Origin: a bacterium
Lineage (GTDB): Bacteria; UBA8248
Assembly: GCA_965199855.1 (NCBI GenBank)
Contig: OZ241326.1
Span: forward strand, 320,001-384,000
DNA length: 64,000 nt
Reading direction: 5' to 3'
In this document: positions 20,846 to 30,873 of the stretch, piece by piece
How the letters are laid out: each line of letters opens with the position of its first letter
How positions within the stretch are numbered: position 1 is the first letter of the stretch
Notes under the pieces: generated by a model
Seen by the model: the letters and a program-made list of their open reading frames with translations, nothing else
What the model was told of the DNA's origin: nothing
Databases searched by the model: none
Translations under genes and position numbers: made by a program

Positions 20846-21256
20846 CTAGTGGTGGCCCCGGCGCTCGACGACCGGCATGTCGTTCTTCGCGCGAAAGTCG
20901 TTCAGCGCGGTCTTGATGGCGTCCTCCGCCAGCACGGAGCAGTGAATCTTCACGGGGGGGAGGTTCAGCTCCTCGACGATCTGCGTGTTCCTGATCTCCT
21001 CGGCCTCGTCCACCGTCCTGCCCTTGAGCCACTCGGTCGCCAGCGAGCTCGAGGCGATGGCGCTTCCGCAGCCGAAAGTCTTGAACTTCGCGTCCTCGAT
21101 GACGCCCTCCCCGCTCACCTTGATCTGCAGCTTCATCACGTCGCCGCACTCGGGCGCGCCGACGACGCCCGTGCCCACGGCGGGGTCCGCCTTGTCGAGC
21201 GAGCCGACGTTGCGGGGGTTGTTGTAGTGATCGACCACCTTGTCGCTGTAAGCCAT
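20846..21256 (-). CDS. iscU: Fe-S scaffold IscU
   Basis: MAYSDKV.DH, CGDVM, FGCGSA and LPPVKIHC. Confidence 0.95.
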   Translation of the reverse strand: MAYSDKVVDHYNNPRNVGSLDKADPAVGTGVVGAPECGDVMKLQIKVSGEGVIEDAKFKTFGCGSAIASSSLATEWLKGRTVDEAEEIRNTQIVEELNLPPVKIHCSVLAEDAIKTALNDFRAKNDMPVVERRGHH

Positions 21257-21328
21257 CTCATCGCTCTCCTCTTGTCGGCCTCCGGGCGCCGGAGGCCCCT
21301 GTTCGCGGGACGCGGGCAGGCCGCGCGC

Positions 21329-22549
21329 CTAGTGCGCCTGCCATTCCACCTTCGAGAGATCGACGCCCTCCTTCACCATCTCGTAGAGGGGGCTCATCTC
21401 GCGCAGGCGGTTCACGATTTTCGTCGTCTTCTCGGCCACGTATTCCATCTCCTCCTCGGTGGAGAAGCGGCCGAACCCGAACCGGATGGACGAATGCGCC
21501 AGCTCGTCGCCCCGGCCCATGGACTTGAGCACGTAGCTCGGCTCCAGGCTCGCCGAGGTGCAGGCGGAGCCCGAGGAGACGGCCACGTCGTTCAGCCCCA
21601 TGATGAGGGATTCGCCCTCCACGTAGGGGAAGCTCAGGTTGAGGTTGCCGGAGAGGCGCTTCGTCTCGTGGCCGTTCACGTAGACCTCCTCCAGGCTCTC
21701 GAACATGATGGACCTGAACCTGTCGCGCAGGTTCGAGAGGCGGGCGTTCTCCGCCTCCATTTCCTCCCCGCACAGCTCCGCCGCCCTGCCGAAGCCCACG
21801 ATGCCGGAGACGTTCAGCGTGCCCGAGCGCATCCCCCGCTCGTGGCCGCCGCCGTCGATGATGGCGGAGAGGCGGACGCGCGGGCGGCGCCTTCGCACGT
21901 AGAGCAGGCCCACGCCCTTGGGGCCGTATATCTTGTGGGCGGACGCCGAGAGCAGGTCGATGTTCATCTCGTTCACGTCGATGGGAATCTTCCCGTAGCC
22001 CTGGGTGGCGTCCGTGTGGAAGATGGCGCCGCGCTCGCGGCACAGCGCGCCTATCTCGGCGATGGGGTTCAGCACGCCGACCTCGTTGTTCGCCGCCATG
22101 ATGGAGACGAGAATGGTGTCCTCGCGCATGGCGGCCTCGACCATCTCCTTCGTCGTGATGCCGTCCTCGGGAGGCTCGATGTAGGTGACGTCGAAGCCCC
22201 AGGTCTCGAGGCGCTTGGCCGAGTCGATGACGGCCTTGTGCTCGATCGCCGAGGTGACGACGTGGTTGCCCTTCTTCCTGTACATCTCGGCGGCGCCCTT
22301 GAGCGCCATGTTGTCCGATTCGGTGGCGCCGCTCGTGAAGATGATCTCGCGCGGGTCCGCCCCGATGAGGGCGGCCAGCTTCTCCCGGGCGTCGTCCACC
22401 GCCTTCTCCGCCTCCCAGCCGAAGCTGTGGTTGCGGCTGGCGGCGTTGCCGAACCTCTCGCCGAAGTAGGGCAGCATCTCCTCCAGGACGCGCGGGTCCA
22501 TGGGCGTCGTCGCCTGGTAGTCCATGTAGATGGGGAACTTCAAGCTCAT
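21329..22549 (-). CDS. iscS: Cysteine desulfurase IscS
   Basis: [10 protein letters not shown] and SSGSACTS. Confidence 0.95.
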   Translation of the reverse strand: MSLKFPIYMDYQATTPMDPRVLEEMLPYFGERFGNAASRNHSFGWEAEKAVDDAREKLAALIGADPREIIFTSGATESDNMALKGAAEMYRKKGNHVVTSAIEHKAVIDSAKRLETWGFDVTYIEPPEDGITTKEMVEAAMREDTILVSIMAANNEVGVLNPIAEIGALCRERGAIFHTDATQGYGKIPIDVNEMNIDLLSASAHKIYGPKGVGLLYVRRRRPRVRLSAIIDGGGHERGMRSGTLNVSGIVGFGRAAELCGEEMEAENARLSNLRDRFRSIMFESLEEVYVNGHETKRLSGNLNLSFPYVEGESLIMGLNDVAVSSGSACTSASLEPSYVLKSMGRGDELAHSSIRFGFGRFSTEEEMEYVAEKTTKIVNRLREMSPLYEMVKEGVDLSKVEWQAH

Positions 22550-22971
22550 CTGATCTCTCCCGCCGGCGCACCCACCATGTCCTGAAGGGTCATGCCCTCA
22601 AGCAGGTCGGTCACCTTTCTCTGGATTCTCTCCATGGGATAAAAAATGGTGCATCTCTCGTATTGCTCGCAGTCGGCGCCGCCGCCGATCTGGCAGACCG
22701 CCATGGCGATGGGCCCCTCGATCGCTCGGATGACCTCCGCCACCGAGATGGACTCCGGCCGGCGCGAGAGAACGTAGCCCCCCCTGGGGCCGCTCCTCGA
22801 CTCCACGATGCCGTTTCTGGCGAGGAGCTGCAACGTCTTGGCGAGCAGCTCGGCCGGAATGCGGAACCTTCGCGCGATGTCCCTCGAGGCGACGGCCTCG
22901 CCTTCCTCCCGCTCCGCCAGATAGGAGAGCGCCATCAGGCCGTAATCCGTGCGCTTGGCAATCGAGAACAT
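22546..22971 (-). CDS. iscR: Rrf2-family regulator, IscR-like
   Basis: G..GGY.L wing and three Cys (C..C..C) in the C-terminal half; first gene of the isc operon. Confidence 0.75.
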   Translation of the reverse strand: MFSIAKRTDYGLMALSYLAEREEGEAVASRDIARRFRIPAELLAKTLQLLARNGIVESRSGPRGGYVLSRRPESISVAEVIRAIEGPIAMAVCQIGGGADCEQYERCTIFYPMERIQRKVTDLLEGMTLQDMVGAPAGEIR

Positions 22972-23029
22972 TCCTCTCTCCGCCCCGAACCGCGCCGCCC
23001 TTCGGAGGCGGCACCCTCTCCCGCGAAAT

Positions 23030-23046
23030 GCGACCGGAATGGTCGC
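23030..23046. promoter_or_regulatory. Candidate IscR-type operator
   Basis: GCGACC-GGAAT-GGTCGC inverted repeat (GAC-N7-GTC) between the promoter and the rrf2 start. Confidence 0.55.
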
Positions 23047-23063
23047 CGACCCGTCCGCTCGCA

Positions 23064-23093
23064 GATATACGCCCCGGAGGGGGGTTCTGTCAA
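23064..23093 (-). promoter_or_regulatory. sigma70-type promoter of the isc operon
   Basis: TTGACA-18 bp-TATATC on the minus strand. Confidence 0.5.
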
Positions 23094-23118
23094 CCGCCCC
23101 GGGCCGGGAACGCGGCGG

Positions 23119-24291
23119 CTATTCCTTCCCCCGGACGAGCTCCCACCGGCCCTTGCGGACGCGAACCAGCGCGAGGGAATCGACCCCCAGCCCGTTGTGG
23201 TCGCTTTTCGAGAAGCTGTATCGCCCGTTGAGCCCCTGGAAGTTCCGCGTCTCCTCGAGGGCGGCGGGAATGCGCGCCCGGCTCGCTCCCACCCCCCGCG
23301 CCGCCCACGCCAGAAGCCGCAGTGCGTCAGCGGCCGCGGCCGCCGTCTCCCCCGGCGCGCTCCCGTATTTCTTTCGATACGCGGCGCGAAACGCCAGGGC
23401 GTCCTCCCTGGCGGGGTGCGACTTGGCGAGGAGATGCGCCGCCGTGAGCCGGGAGGCGGGGAACACCGCGCCCTCGGCCGCGCCGGCCCCGCTTTTCGGG
23501 CCGAACAGCCCGGGGGAGGCGTGGGAGACGTAGAGCGGCAGCTTCAAATCCAGCGCCGCGCGGGCGCGCGCCAGCGCCAGGCGCGCGGCGCCCCTCGCCC
23601 AGAGCAGGAAGCCCCCGGCGCCGCGGTCGGAGGCGCGCCGCAGGAAGGGCAGAAAGTTGTGCTCGCCCGGCCTGAAGGATTCGTTCAGCAGGATGGAGAC
23701 GCCGAAGTCCGGCGCGAGCGCCGTCATCTGCTCCCGTCCCTCCGAGCCGTAGCCCGCCGAGGAGCCCACGACGGCCGCGCGCCGGACGCCCCTTTTCCTC
23801 ATGTGGCCCAGCATCAGCCGGACGGGAAGCGAGGCGCGCCGCGCGGTGGAGAACACCCACTCGCGCGCGGGGACGAGAATCTCCTCGGGCGCGGCCAGCG
23901 AGAAAAGCGGCGTCCTCTCCCGCTCCGCGGCGCGCGCGGCGGCGATGGCGGCGTAATGCCCGACGGTCCCTATCACGGCGACGGCCCCGCGCCTGCGCGC
24001 GAGCTGCCGCACGGCGGCGGCGGCGGCCTTCGGGCTTCCCCGGGTGTCGAGGGTGAGCAGGAACACGCGCCCGCCGGCGACCCCGCGCCGGTTGATGCGC
24101 TCCCTTTCGAGCAAAAGCGCGCGGCGCGCCTCCCGGCCCGGCGCGCCGGCCTCTCCCGAGAGGTTCAGCGCCGCGCCGACGACGATTCTGCCCGGAGAGG
24201 CCGCCGGGGCGGCCTCCGCGCCCGCGCAACAGGCGAGCGCCAGCGCGGCCGCCCGCGCCGCGCGCCATGCGCTTCCGATCGCCTCGCTCAT
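23119..24291 (-). CDS. ABC substrate-binding protein, LivJ/branched-chain amino acid family (orphan)
   Basis: Signal peptide, LSG.A...G, IN..GV.G and F.G.NG.Y.FS..DHNG. Confidence 0.75.
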   Translation of the reverse strand: MSEAIGSAWRAARAAALALACCAGAEAAPAASPGRIVVGAALNLSGEAGAPGREARRALLLERERINRRGVAGGRVFLLTLDTRGSPKAAAAAVRQLARRRGAVAVIGTVGHYAAIAAARAAERERTPLFSLAAPEEILVPAREWVFSTARRASLPVRLMLGHMRKRGVRRAAVVGSSAGYGSEGREQMTALAPDFGVSILLNESFRPGEHNFLPFLRRASDRGAGGFLLWARGAARLALARARAALDLKLPLYVSHASPGLFGPKSGAGAAEGAVFPASRLTAAHLLAKSHPAREDALAFRAAYRKKYGSAPGETAAAAADALRLLAWAARGVGASRARIPAALEETRNFQGLNGRYSFSKSDHNGLGVDSLALVRVRKGRWELVRGKE

Positions 24292-24375
24292 GCCTTATGA
24301 TCCGGCCCAGGGACGAAGGATGCCGCTTCGGGGAACGCCCCCCGCGCCCTCGCTGGATAACGGCCGGCCGGAGCC

Positions 24376-25569
24376 ATGTCAAACAAACCGCAGGGCGGGG
24401 AAGCGGCGGCGCGGCTCGACGCGCCCGGACGCGGGAGGCTCCGGCGGCGCCTCCTCTCCTGGTACGATCGGGAGAAAAGAGCGCTCCCCTGGCGCGGCGA
24501 GAAGAACCCCTACCGCGTCTGGGTCTCCGAGGCGATGCTCCAGCAGACGCGGGCGGAGACCGTGCGGGCGCGCTGGCCCGCCTTTCTCAAGCGGTTTCCC
24601 ACCCTCGCCGCCCTCGCCGACGCGCCTCTCGATTCCGTCCTCGCCGAATGGCAGGGGCTCGGCTACTACGCCCGCGCGAGAAGCCTCCACCGCGCCGCGC
24701 GGGAGGTGATGCGCCGCGGGGGCGCGCTGCCGCGAACGCGCGAGGAGCTGCTCGCGCTGCCGGGCGTAGGCCCCTACACGGCGGGCGCCGTCGCCAGCAT
24801 CGCCTTCGGGGAGCGTTGCGCGGCCATCGACGGAAACGCCCTGCGCGTCCTGAGCCGCGTCCTGAACCTCGCGCTTCCCGTCGATTCCCCGCCCGCGCGG
24901 AGGATCATCGGGGAAGCGGCGGAGGCACTCGTTCCGCCCGCGAGGCCGGGCGACTTCAACCAGGCGCTCATGGAGCTCGGCGCGAGGGTCTGCCTGCCGG
25001 CGCGGCCCGCCTGCGCGCGCTGCCCTCTCCGCGCCTCCTGCGCGGGGCGAAGCGCCGGAACCCAGGACGCCCTGCCGGTGAAGGCCGCGAAAAGGCCGCC
25101 CGCGCCGGTCACCATCTTCCAGTTCTGGGCGGAGCGGGAAGGGCGCGTCCGCCTCGTTCAAAGAGAGCGAAGCGGACTTTTCGGCGGCATGTGGGAGCTG
25201 CCCGGCTTCATGGAGAAGGGCCGCCCGGGGAGAATCGACCCGCGCCGCCTGCGCGCCGAGTGCGCGAAGGCGGTCGGGGGCGGCTGGCGGCCGACGCGCG
25301 AGCTCGCCCGGGTCGAGAGGACGCTCACGCACAGAAAAATCCTGTTCGTCGTGCATCTGGCGGAAAACCCCGGCGGGAAGGCGGCGGCGAACGGGGAGGG
25401 GCGCCTCTGGGCGTCGGAGGAGGAGGCCGCCGCGCTTGCGCTCTCCTCCGCCCAGCGCGCCGCGTGGCGCGCGGCGAGGGACGCCCTCGACTCCAAGAGG
25501 GAGAAGCCGGACGGCGGGCGCCGCGCCGCGCCTTTTCAGGCCGCGCCCCCGAAGCGCTCCTTCAGGTAG
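24376..25569 (+). CDS. mutY: A/G-specific adenine glycosylase
   Basis: VSEAMLQQT, WQGLGYY, LPGVG.YTA and the C..P.C..CP...C Fe-S loop. Confidence 0.92.
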   Translation: MSNKPQGGEAAARLDAPGRGRLRRRLLSWYDREKRALPWRGEKNPYRVWVSEAMLQQTRAETVRARWPAFLKRFPTLAALADAPLDSVLAEWQGLGYYARARSLHRAAREVMRRGGALPRTREELLALPGVGPYTAGAVASIAFGERCAAIDGNALRVLSRVLNLALPVDSPPARRIIGEAAEALVPPARPGDFNQALMELGARVCLPARPACARCPLRASCAGRSAGTQDALPVKAAKRPPAPVTIFQFWAEREGRVRLVQRERSGLFGGMWELPGFMEKGRPGRIDPRRLRAECAKAVGGGWRPTRELARVERTLTHRKILFVVHLAENPGGKAAANGEGRLWASEEEAAALALSSAQRAAWRAARDALDSKREKPDGGRRAAPFQAAPPKRSFR

Positions 25570-26444
25570 TCCTCGAGCGTCCTGGGCTTCAGGCCGAAGG
25601 CCGCCTTGAAGGGTTCGGGGTCGCACACGTTGTCCTCGCCCAGCATCGTGATCTGATCCTCGGTGAAGGGAGGCTTCATGGGGAGCAGGTTGAACGCCCT
25701 GGCCTGGAAGCGCGCGAGGGGCGTCGGCAGGCGCAGGAGCAGCCGCCTCTTGCCCATCGCCCCGACCACCATGGAGAGCAGCTCCCTCAGCGAATACGCC
25801 CTGTCTCCGCCCACGTCGTAGGTCTGCCCGATGGTCTCCGCCATGTTCAGGCAATCGGCGAAGCAGCGGCACACGTCCTCCACCCAGACGGGCTGAAGTT
25901 TCCCCTCCCCCGAGCCGATGACGGGAAGGGCGGGGGCCGCGCGCGCGATGCCGGCGAAGGCGTTGATGAATTCGTCGCGCTCGCCGAAGATGATGGAGGG
26001 GCGGAATATCGTCCAGTCCAGCCCGCTTTCCCGAACGAACCGCTCGGCGGCGAACTTCGTTTTGTGATAGCGGGCGACGGCGTCCTCCCGCGTCCCCAGG
26101 GCGCTCATGTGGACGAAGCGCTTCACGCCCGCCTGCTCGGCGGCGGCCACCATCCGCCGCGTCCCCTCCGCGTGGACGGCCTCGAAGCCGGGCGTTCCCT
26201 TCTCGATGATGATGCCCACGAGGTGGATGACGGCGTCCTGCTTCTTCATCAGTTCGGCGAGCTGATCCACCGAATACGAGGCGACGTCCCCCCGGACGGG
26301 ATAGACCCCGCTCAGCGAGGCCAGGCGCTGCCTGGCGGGTTCGGGGTCGCGGGAGAGCGTCCTGATTTCATGTCCCGCCAGCGAGAGCATCGGAAGCAGC
26401 GCGCCGCCGACGTATCCCGTTCCGCCCGTCAGAAAAACCTTCAT
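25536..26444 (-). CDS. NDUFA9-like atypical SDR, NAD(P)-binding
   Basis: MKVFLTGGTGYVG, HLVGII and YHKTK. ATG overlaps the truD stop. Confidence 0.85.
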   Translation of the reverse strand: MKVFLTGGTGYVGGALLPMLSLAGHEIRTLSRDPEPARQRLASLSGVYPVRGDVASYSVDQLAELMKKQDAVIHLVGIIIEKGTPGFEAVHAEGTRRMVAAAEQAGVKRFVHMSALGTREDAVARYHKTKFAAERFVRESGLDWTIFRPSIIFGERDEFINAFAGIARAAPALPVIGSGEGKLQPVWVEDVCRCFADCLNMAETIGQTYDVGGDRAYSLRELLSMVVGAMGKRRLLLRLPTPLARFQARAFNLLPMKPPFTEDQITMLGEDNVCDPEPFKAAFGLKPRTLEDYLKERFGGAA

Positions 26445-27754
26445 CGAACCGCCTCCCCCGTGAAGCGCGAAGCGCCGCCCGTTCCGCCCGCCTCCCCGAG
26501 GCGCGCGACCGCGCCCACCGGAGGCTCGCCCTTCGTCAGCTCCCGCAACGCCTCGCTCGCGTACGCCCCCGGCGGCAGGGTGAACCACAGGCGCAGGTTC
26601 GCGCCCTCCATCTTAAGCCCCGCGTCCAACATCCGCGCGCGATAGGGCCGCCTCGCGCCGTAAAGCCCCAGCCCGGCCAGCCCGTCGAGAATCTTGTGAT
26701 CCCCGACGCCCAAGGATTCTAGCACGCTCCGCTCCATTTTTCGCGGCTCGCCCCGCGCCTCGAGGAGCTTCCGGCCGATGAGGGGCCCGGCGGGGCTCGT
26801 CTCGAAGCGCGCCGCGGCGTCCGCCTCCTTCTCCGCCGCGCCCGCCCTTCGCGCCCTGCCCGAGGGGTGGTGAAAAAGCGCGTCGCCCGCCCAGACGCGG
26901 TCGTGGGCGCGCGCCTCGAGCCTCCGCGCCAGACACAGGTTGAAGACGGCCGCCTGAAGCGCGCCGCCATACAGCGCGCGCTCCCTCGCGGGAATGGCCG
27001 CCGCCGCGCGCCCGGGCGAGGCGCCTCCCTCCAGGCGGGCGAGGACGCGCCTCTCCGCCTCCCAGGAGGCCGGGCAGAGCCGCCGCGCGCCCCCGAAATC
27101 GCCCGCCTCGTATCTGCGGGCCGCCTCCAGGAGCCGCGCGTCCGCGCCCTCGCGCGCGGAGGAGAGCCTCGCGGCGCCCAGCATCGCGTCGAGCGCGCCC
27201 CGCCAGTCTCTCCCCGAGAGCGCCAGGCCGATTCGCGCCGTGTGGCCGTGCGCGCCGAACCTCTGATCGCCGAAAGCGTTGGGGAGCCCCCGCGAGAGGA
27301 GCGCGTCCAGCGTCGTCCGCGCCCTCTCCTCCGCGCCGGGGGCGACCTCCCGAATCAGTATCTCGAAGCGGTTGCCCGCCAGCGCGCCGCGCCTGAGTCC
27401 GCTCCGGGAGCGCGCCGCCTCCAGCACCCGGACGCCCTCGGCGGCGTCTTTCGCCTTCGGCAGGGCGTCCGCGGCCTCGCGCTCCGGCAGGCGGAAGGAA
27501 AGCCACTGCCGCGCCACCGCGTTGGCGTCCTTCAGGCCCGCGCAGCCCGCCCGATCCTCGTCCAGGTTCAGCGCGCGGCGCAGAGCGCGCAGCGCCTCGA
27601 GGGTCGAGACGCCCCGCTTCTCCACCAGCAGATGGAGGTATTCCCCGTCGCCGTCCGGCGGGCGGAGGGGAATTTCCTCCACGCGGAAATCCTCGGGCCG
27701 CTCCCGCAGGCGTCCGCCCACGCCCGGCGTTTCGGTGAGATACGCTCCCGCCAT
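26441..27754 (-). CDS. truD: tRNA pseudouridine(13) synthase
   Basis: PEDF.VEE, AGLKD..AV.RQ, GNRF, N.FG.QRFG and LPPG.YA motifs. Confidence 0.9.
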   Translation of the reverse strand: MAGAYLTETPGVGGRLRERPEDFRVEEIPLRPPDGDGEYLHLLVEKRGVSTLEALRALRRALNLDEDRAGCAGLKDANAVARQWLSFRLPEREAADALPKAKDAAEGVRVLEAARSRSGLRRGALAGNRFEILIREVAPGAEERARTTLDALLSRGLPNAFGDQRFGAHGHTARIGLALSGRDWRGALDAMLGAARLSSAREGADARLLEAARRYEAGDFGGARRLCPASWEAERRVLARLEGGASPGRAAAAIPARERALYGGALQAAVFNLCLARRLEARAHDRVWAGDALFHHPSGRARRAGAAEKEADAAARFETSPAGPLIGRKLLEARGEPRKMERSVLESLGVGDHKILDGLAGLGLYGARRPYRARMLDAGLKMEGANLRLWFTLPPGAYASEALRELTKGEPPVGAVARLGEAGGTGGASRFTGEAVR

Positions 27755-27871
27755 CTCCCCTCCGGACGGCTTCGTCCATTCATCCCATCGGGGCTATACT
27801 GCGGACTTTCTCCGCGCGGCTTCGCCCGGGGGCCTGCTTGCGCGCCGCGCTTTTGTCATGAGGAAATCGCC

Positions 27872-28390
27872 ATGTCCGCCTTTTTCGACAAGACCGCCTT
27901 CATTCTTCTGGCCATGGCGGCGGGTCTCGCGCTTCTGTCCTGGCAGAAAACCGGGGAGCTGCCCTGGGCGCCCGCCGGCCGCGCCGCGAGCCTGATCGCG
28001 AGCATCTTTCCCAAGCTCGCCGTCGGAATGCTCATCGGCGCGCTCATGGTCGAGGTTCTGCCGAAGGAACTCCTGCAGGCCTGGCTCTCCGACCGCTCGG
28101 GCTGGCGCGGCATCCTCGTGGGCTGGGCGGCCGGGTGCCTGCTCCCCGTGGGCGCGCCCTTCGTCTTATACCCGATCGTGGCGGGGCTGCTCCAGGGAGG
28201 GGCGGGCTTCGGGCCGATGGTGACGCTGCTCACGGCGTCCGCCCTGGTCGGCCCGGTGCGAACGCTCATCTACGAGATTCCCATCATCGGAACCGAGTTC
28301 TTCCTCTTCCGCATCCTCGCCGTCTTCTGGGTTCCGCCCGTCGCGGGCGCGCTCTCGCAGGTGGTGGTTCGCCTCCTCCGCGGCGGCTGA
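27872..28390 (+). CDS. Small permease-like membrane protein
   Basis: ATG 27872 with GAGG. Several TM segments and G...P...F..YP pattern. Confidence 0.65.
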   Translation: MSAFFDKTAFILLAMAAGLALLSWQKTGELPWAPAGRAASLIASIFPKLAVGMLIGALMVEVLPKELLQAWLSDRSGWRGILVGWAAGCLLPVGAPFVLYPIVAGLLQGGAGFGPMVTLLTASALVGPVRTLIYEIPIIGTEFFLFRILAVFWVPPVAGALSQVVVRLLRGG

Positions 28391-28441
28391 GGCGGGGCAC
28401 GCCGAGGGGCGCGCGACCGCGGGGAGGGGCGGCGTGATTTT

Positions 28442-29778
28442 GCAGGTGAAGCGCGGGAGCGTTTCCCTTCTTGCGCCCCGTTGCGGGTCGGCGATGGCGC
28501 CGCGCGCGGCGATTACGGCAATCGTAGGGACAACCCCCTGTGGTTGTCCTCGCCGCCGCATCCGCATCCAGCCGCCGCGCGAAAATCCCGTAGGGGTCAT
28601 TCGGGAACGCCCCGCCCCGCCAACCAAACGGACAATCACCGGGGGGTCGGCCCACGCCGTCGAAACGGGCGGTTCACGAACCGCCCCTACGAAACCATGA
28701 ACCCGCGCATGGATTGACCGGGAACGCCCGTTCGCCGCCGCGCGCCCCGGTTCCGGATTCCGGCCTTCGCCGGAATGACGGCGAAAGACTAACCCCGGCG
28801 CCCCTTCGATCTGATAGAGAACAACATCGAGACGACGGCGAGGATTTCCCCTCCGCCGCCCGCCGCGTTTGTCAATTCGTCATTCCGGCGAAGGCCGGAA
28901 TCCAGGGTTTTGATTCCCTTCCCTTCAAAACGGGCGGTTCCCGAGCCGCCCCTACGAAAACATGAAACCCATGTCCCCGCCGATCGCCGGGCGGGACGCA
29001 TATATGCGTCCCCTACGCAAAATCAAAATCGCCTCGCCCGTAGGGGGCGCATTCTTGCGCCCCGTTCCGCGGGTCGGCGATGCCGCGGCCCGTAGGGACA
29101 ACCCCCTGTGGTTGTCCGCCCCGCGTCCTTCCCCGCATCGGGACAATCCCCTCGCCCCGTCGGAATCGATCGCGCATTTGCCCGCATTTGCGGTTATGGG
29201 GCTTTCCCCTGAATGCGCGAGAATCCGCCGTGAGAGGGAGGAGGCGAACGCATGGGCTTCGGGAAGCGGATGACGGCGAAGGCGAGGGCGTGGGTCAGGG
29301 CGTTTTTCGCTCCGCGCCGTTTTCGCGTCGTCAATTCCGGCGAGGAGGAGGGTTTGCGGAATCCGTCATTTTCCCGTCGGCGTCGGATTGCGGGTTCCGC
29401 AGGCGCGGCGCGCGCGCGTCGTCCGCGCCATAATGAAAACGATCCCGTTTTCGACAAAATCCGACAAATTCACGGCCTTATCCCGCAAATTCGCGCCTTT
29501 TTTCGACAAATTCAAGACCCTTCGGAACGCGGAAAAAATATCAAGTCATTGAAAATAAAATGGTTATGGAAACAAAGGGGCACCGGGAGGGGGTATTTCG
29601 CAAGGCCGCGGCGTTTGCGCGCATCTGCCCGCACTTGCTCCGCGCCGCCATCCCGCAGGAGTCGTTCGGAAACGCCCCGCCGCCTGTGGCGCGAATCCTT
29701 CCCCAAAACGGGCGGCTCGGCGAGCCGCCCCTACGAAACCCTCGCCACCGCCGCCGTAGGGGGCGCATATATGGCCCC
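28442..29778. repeat. REP mosaic 1 (GTAG- and CGTC-tagged palindromes)
   Basis: GTAG/CTAC-ended hairpins at 28524, 28590, 28667, 28932, 28993, 29040, 29092, 29710 and 29756. Inverted pair of CGTCATTCCGGCGAAGGCCGGAATCC at 28755-28780 and 28878-28903. Confidence 0.9.
29539..29569. promoter_or_regulatory. IHF-like binding site
   Basis: TATCAAGTCATTG (29539-29551) matches WATCAANNNNTTR exactly, within an AT-rich patch. Confidence 0.55.
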
Positions 29779-29846
29779 GTCGGCGGGCGTGGGGTTCGCG
29801 TCCGCGCGGAGGGGCGGCACCTTTTCGTCGGGACGATTCAGGGAAG

Positions 29847-30869
29847 CTAGGAGGCGCCCAGGTGGTCGGCCAGACCGCGCAGGAGGGTCTCGCGCGAGAC
29901 GGCGCCGACCACCTCGCCCGCGGCGTCCACCACCCGAAGCGGGGATTCGCTCGCCAGGGACTTCATCACCATGTCCTGGAGGACGGTGTTGCGCGCGACG
30001 AACGGCCCGCGCGTCTCCTCCTCCGGCGGCGTCATGATGGCCCCCGCCGTCACCACGCGGCCGCGCCGCGCGTCCCGCGCGAACACGCGCACGTAGTTGG
30101 TGGCGGGGCTGAGCAGAATCTCCTCCGGCTCGCCCACCTGGTGAACCGCGCCGTCCTTCAGGATGGCGATGCGGTCGCCGATCTTGAGCGCCTCGTCCAG
30201 ATCGTGGGTGATGAAAACGATGGTCTTCTTGAGGTCGCGCTGGAGCACGATGAGGTGCTCCTGCATCTGCTTGCGAATCAGGGGGTCGAGGGCGCTGAAG
30301 GGCTCGTCCATGAGCAGGATGTCCGGGTCCGTGCAGAGGGCGCGCGCCAGGCCCACCCGCTGCTGCATCCCCCCCGAGAGCTGCGCCGGATAGGCCTCCT
30401 CGTAGCCGGCGAGCCCCACGTCCTCTATCCAGCGCATCGCCCGCCGGGTGCGCTCCTTGAGCGGCGCGCCCTGCACCTCGAGGCCGTAGCAGGTGTTCTC
30501 GAGCACCGTCATGTGGGGAAAGAGCGCGAAGCGCTGGAAGACCATGCTCGTGGTTTCCCGGCGAAACGCGATCAGCTCCTCCTGGGAGAGCTGGAGGATG
30601 TCCCTGCCCTCGACGATCACCTGGCCCGCGGTCGGGTCGATGAGCCGGTTGACGTGGCGGATGAGGGTCGATTTCCCGGAGCCGGAAAGCCCCATGACCA
30701 CGAATATCTCCCCGCTCTCGACGGAGAGGCTGACGTCCTTCAGGCCGAGCGTACAGCCGGTCTTCGCCAGCAGGTCGTCCTTGCCGGCGCCCTCCCGAAC
30801 CAAGGCGAGGGCCTCCTCCGCGGCGTCTCCGAATATCTTGAAGACGCTTCGTATCTCGATGAGCGGCAC
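29847..30869 (-). CDS. proV: Glycine betaine/proline-type ABC ATPase
   Basis: GLSGSGKST, LSGGMQQRVGLARAL and DEPFSALDPLIR. Confidence 0.88.
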   Translation of the reverse strand: MPLIEIRSVFKIFGDAAEEALALVREGAGKDDLLAKTGCTLGLKDVSLSVESGEIFVVMGLSGSGKSTLIRHVNRLIDPTAGQVIVEGRDILQLSQEELIAFRRETTSMVFQRFALFPHMTVLENTCYGLEVQGAPLKERTRRAMRWIEDVGLAGYEEAYPAQLSGGMQQRVGLARALCTDPDILLMDEPFSALDPLIRKQMQEHLIVLQRDLKKTIVFITHDLDEALKIGDRIAILKDGAVHQVGEPEEILLSPATNYVRVFARDARRGRVVTAGAIMTPPEEETRGPFVARNTVLQDMVMKSLASESPLRVVDAAGEVVGAVSRETLLRGLADHLGAS

Positions 30870-30873
30870 CGGC

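Noticed and set aside
28524-29117. CRISPR array interpretation of the repeated hairpins
   Set aside because: Repeats differ in sequence and orientation, spacing is irregular, spacers are themselves repeated, and no cas genes are present.
28166-30037. Short ORFs across mosaic 1 and their look-alikes at 50265-51912 (IPAKAGI, VGTTPCGCP)
   Set aside because: The peptide similarity is translation of REP palindromes; there is no consistent frame or RBS support.
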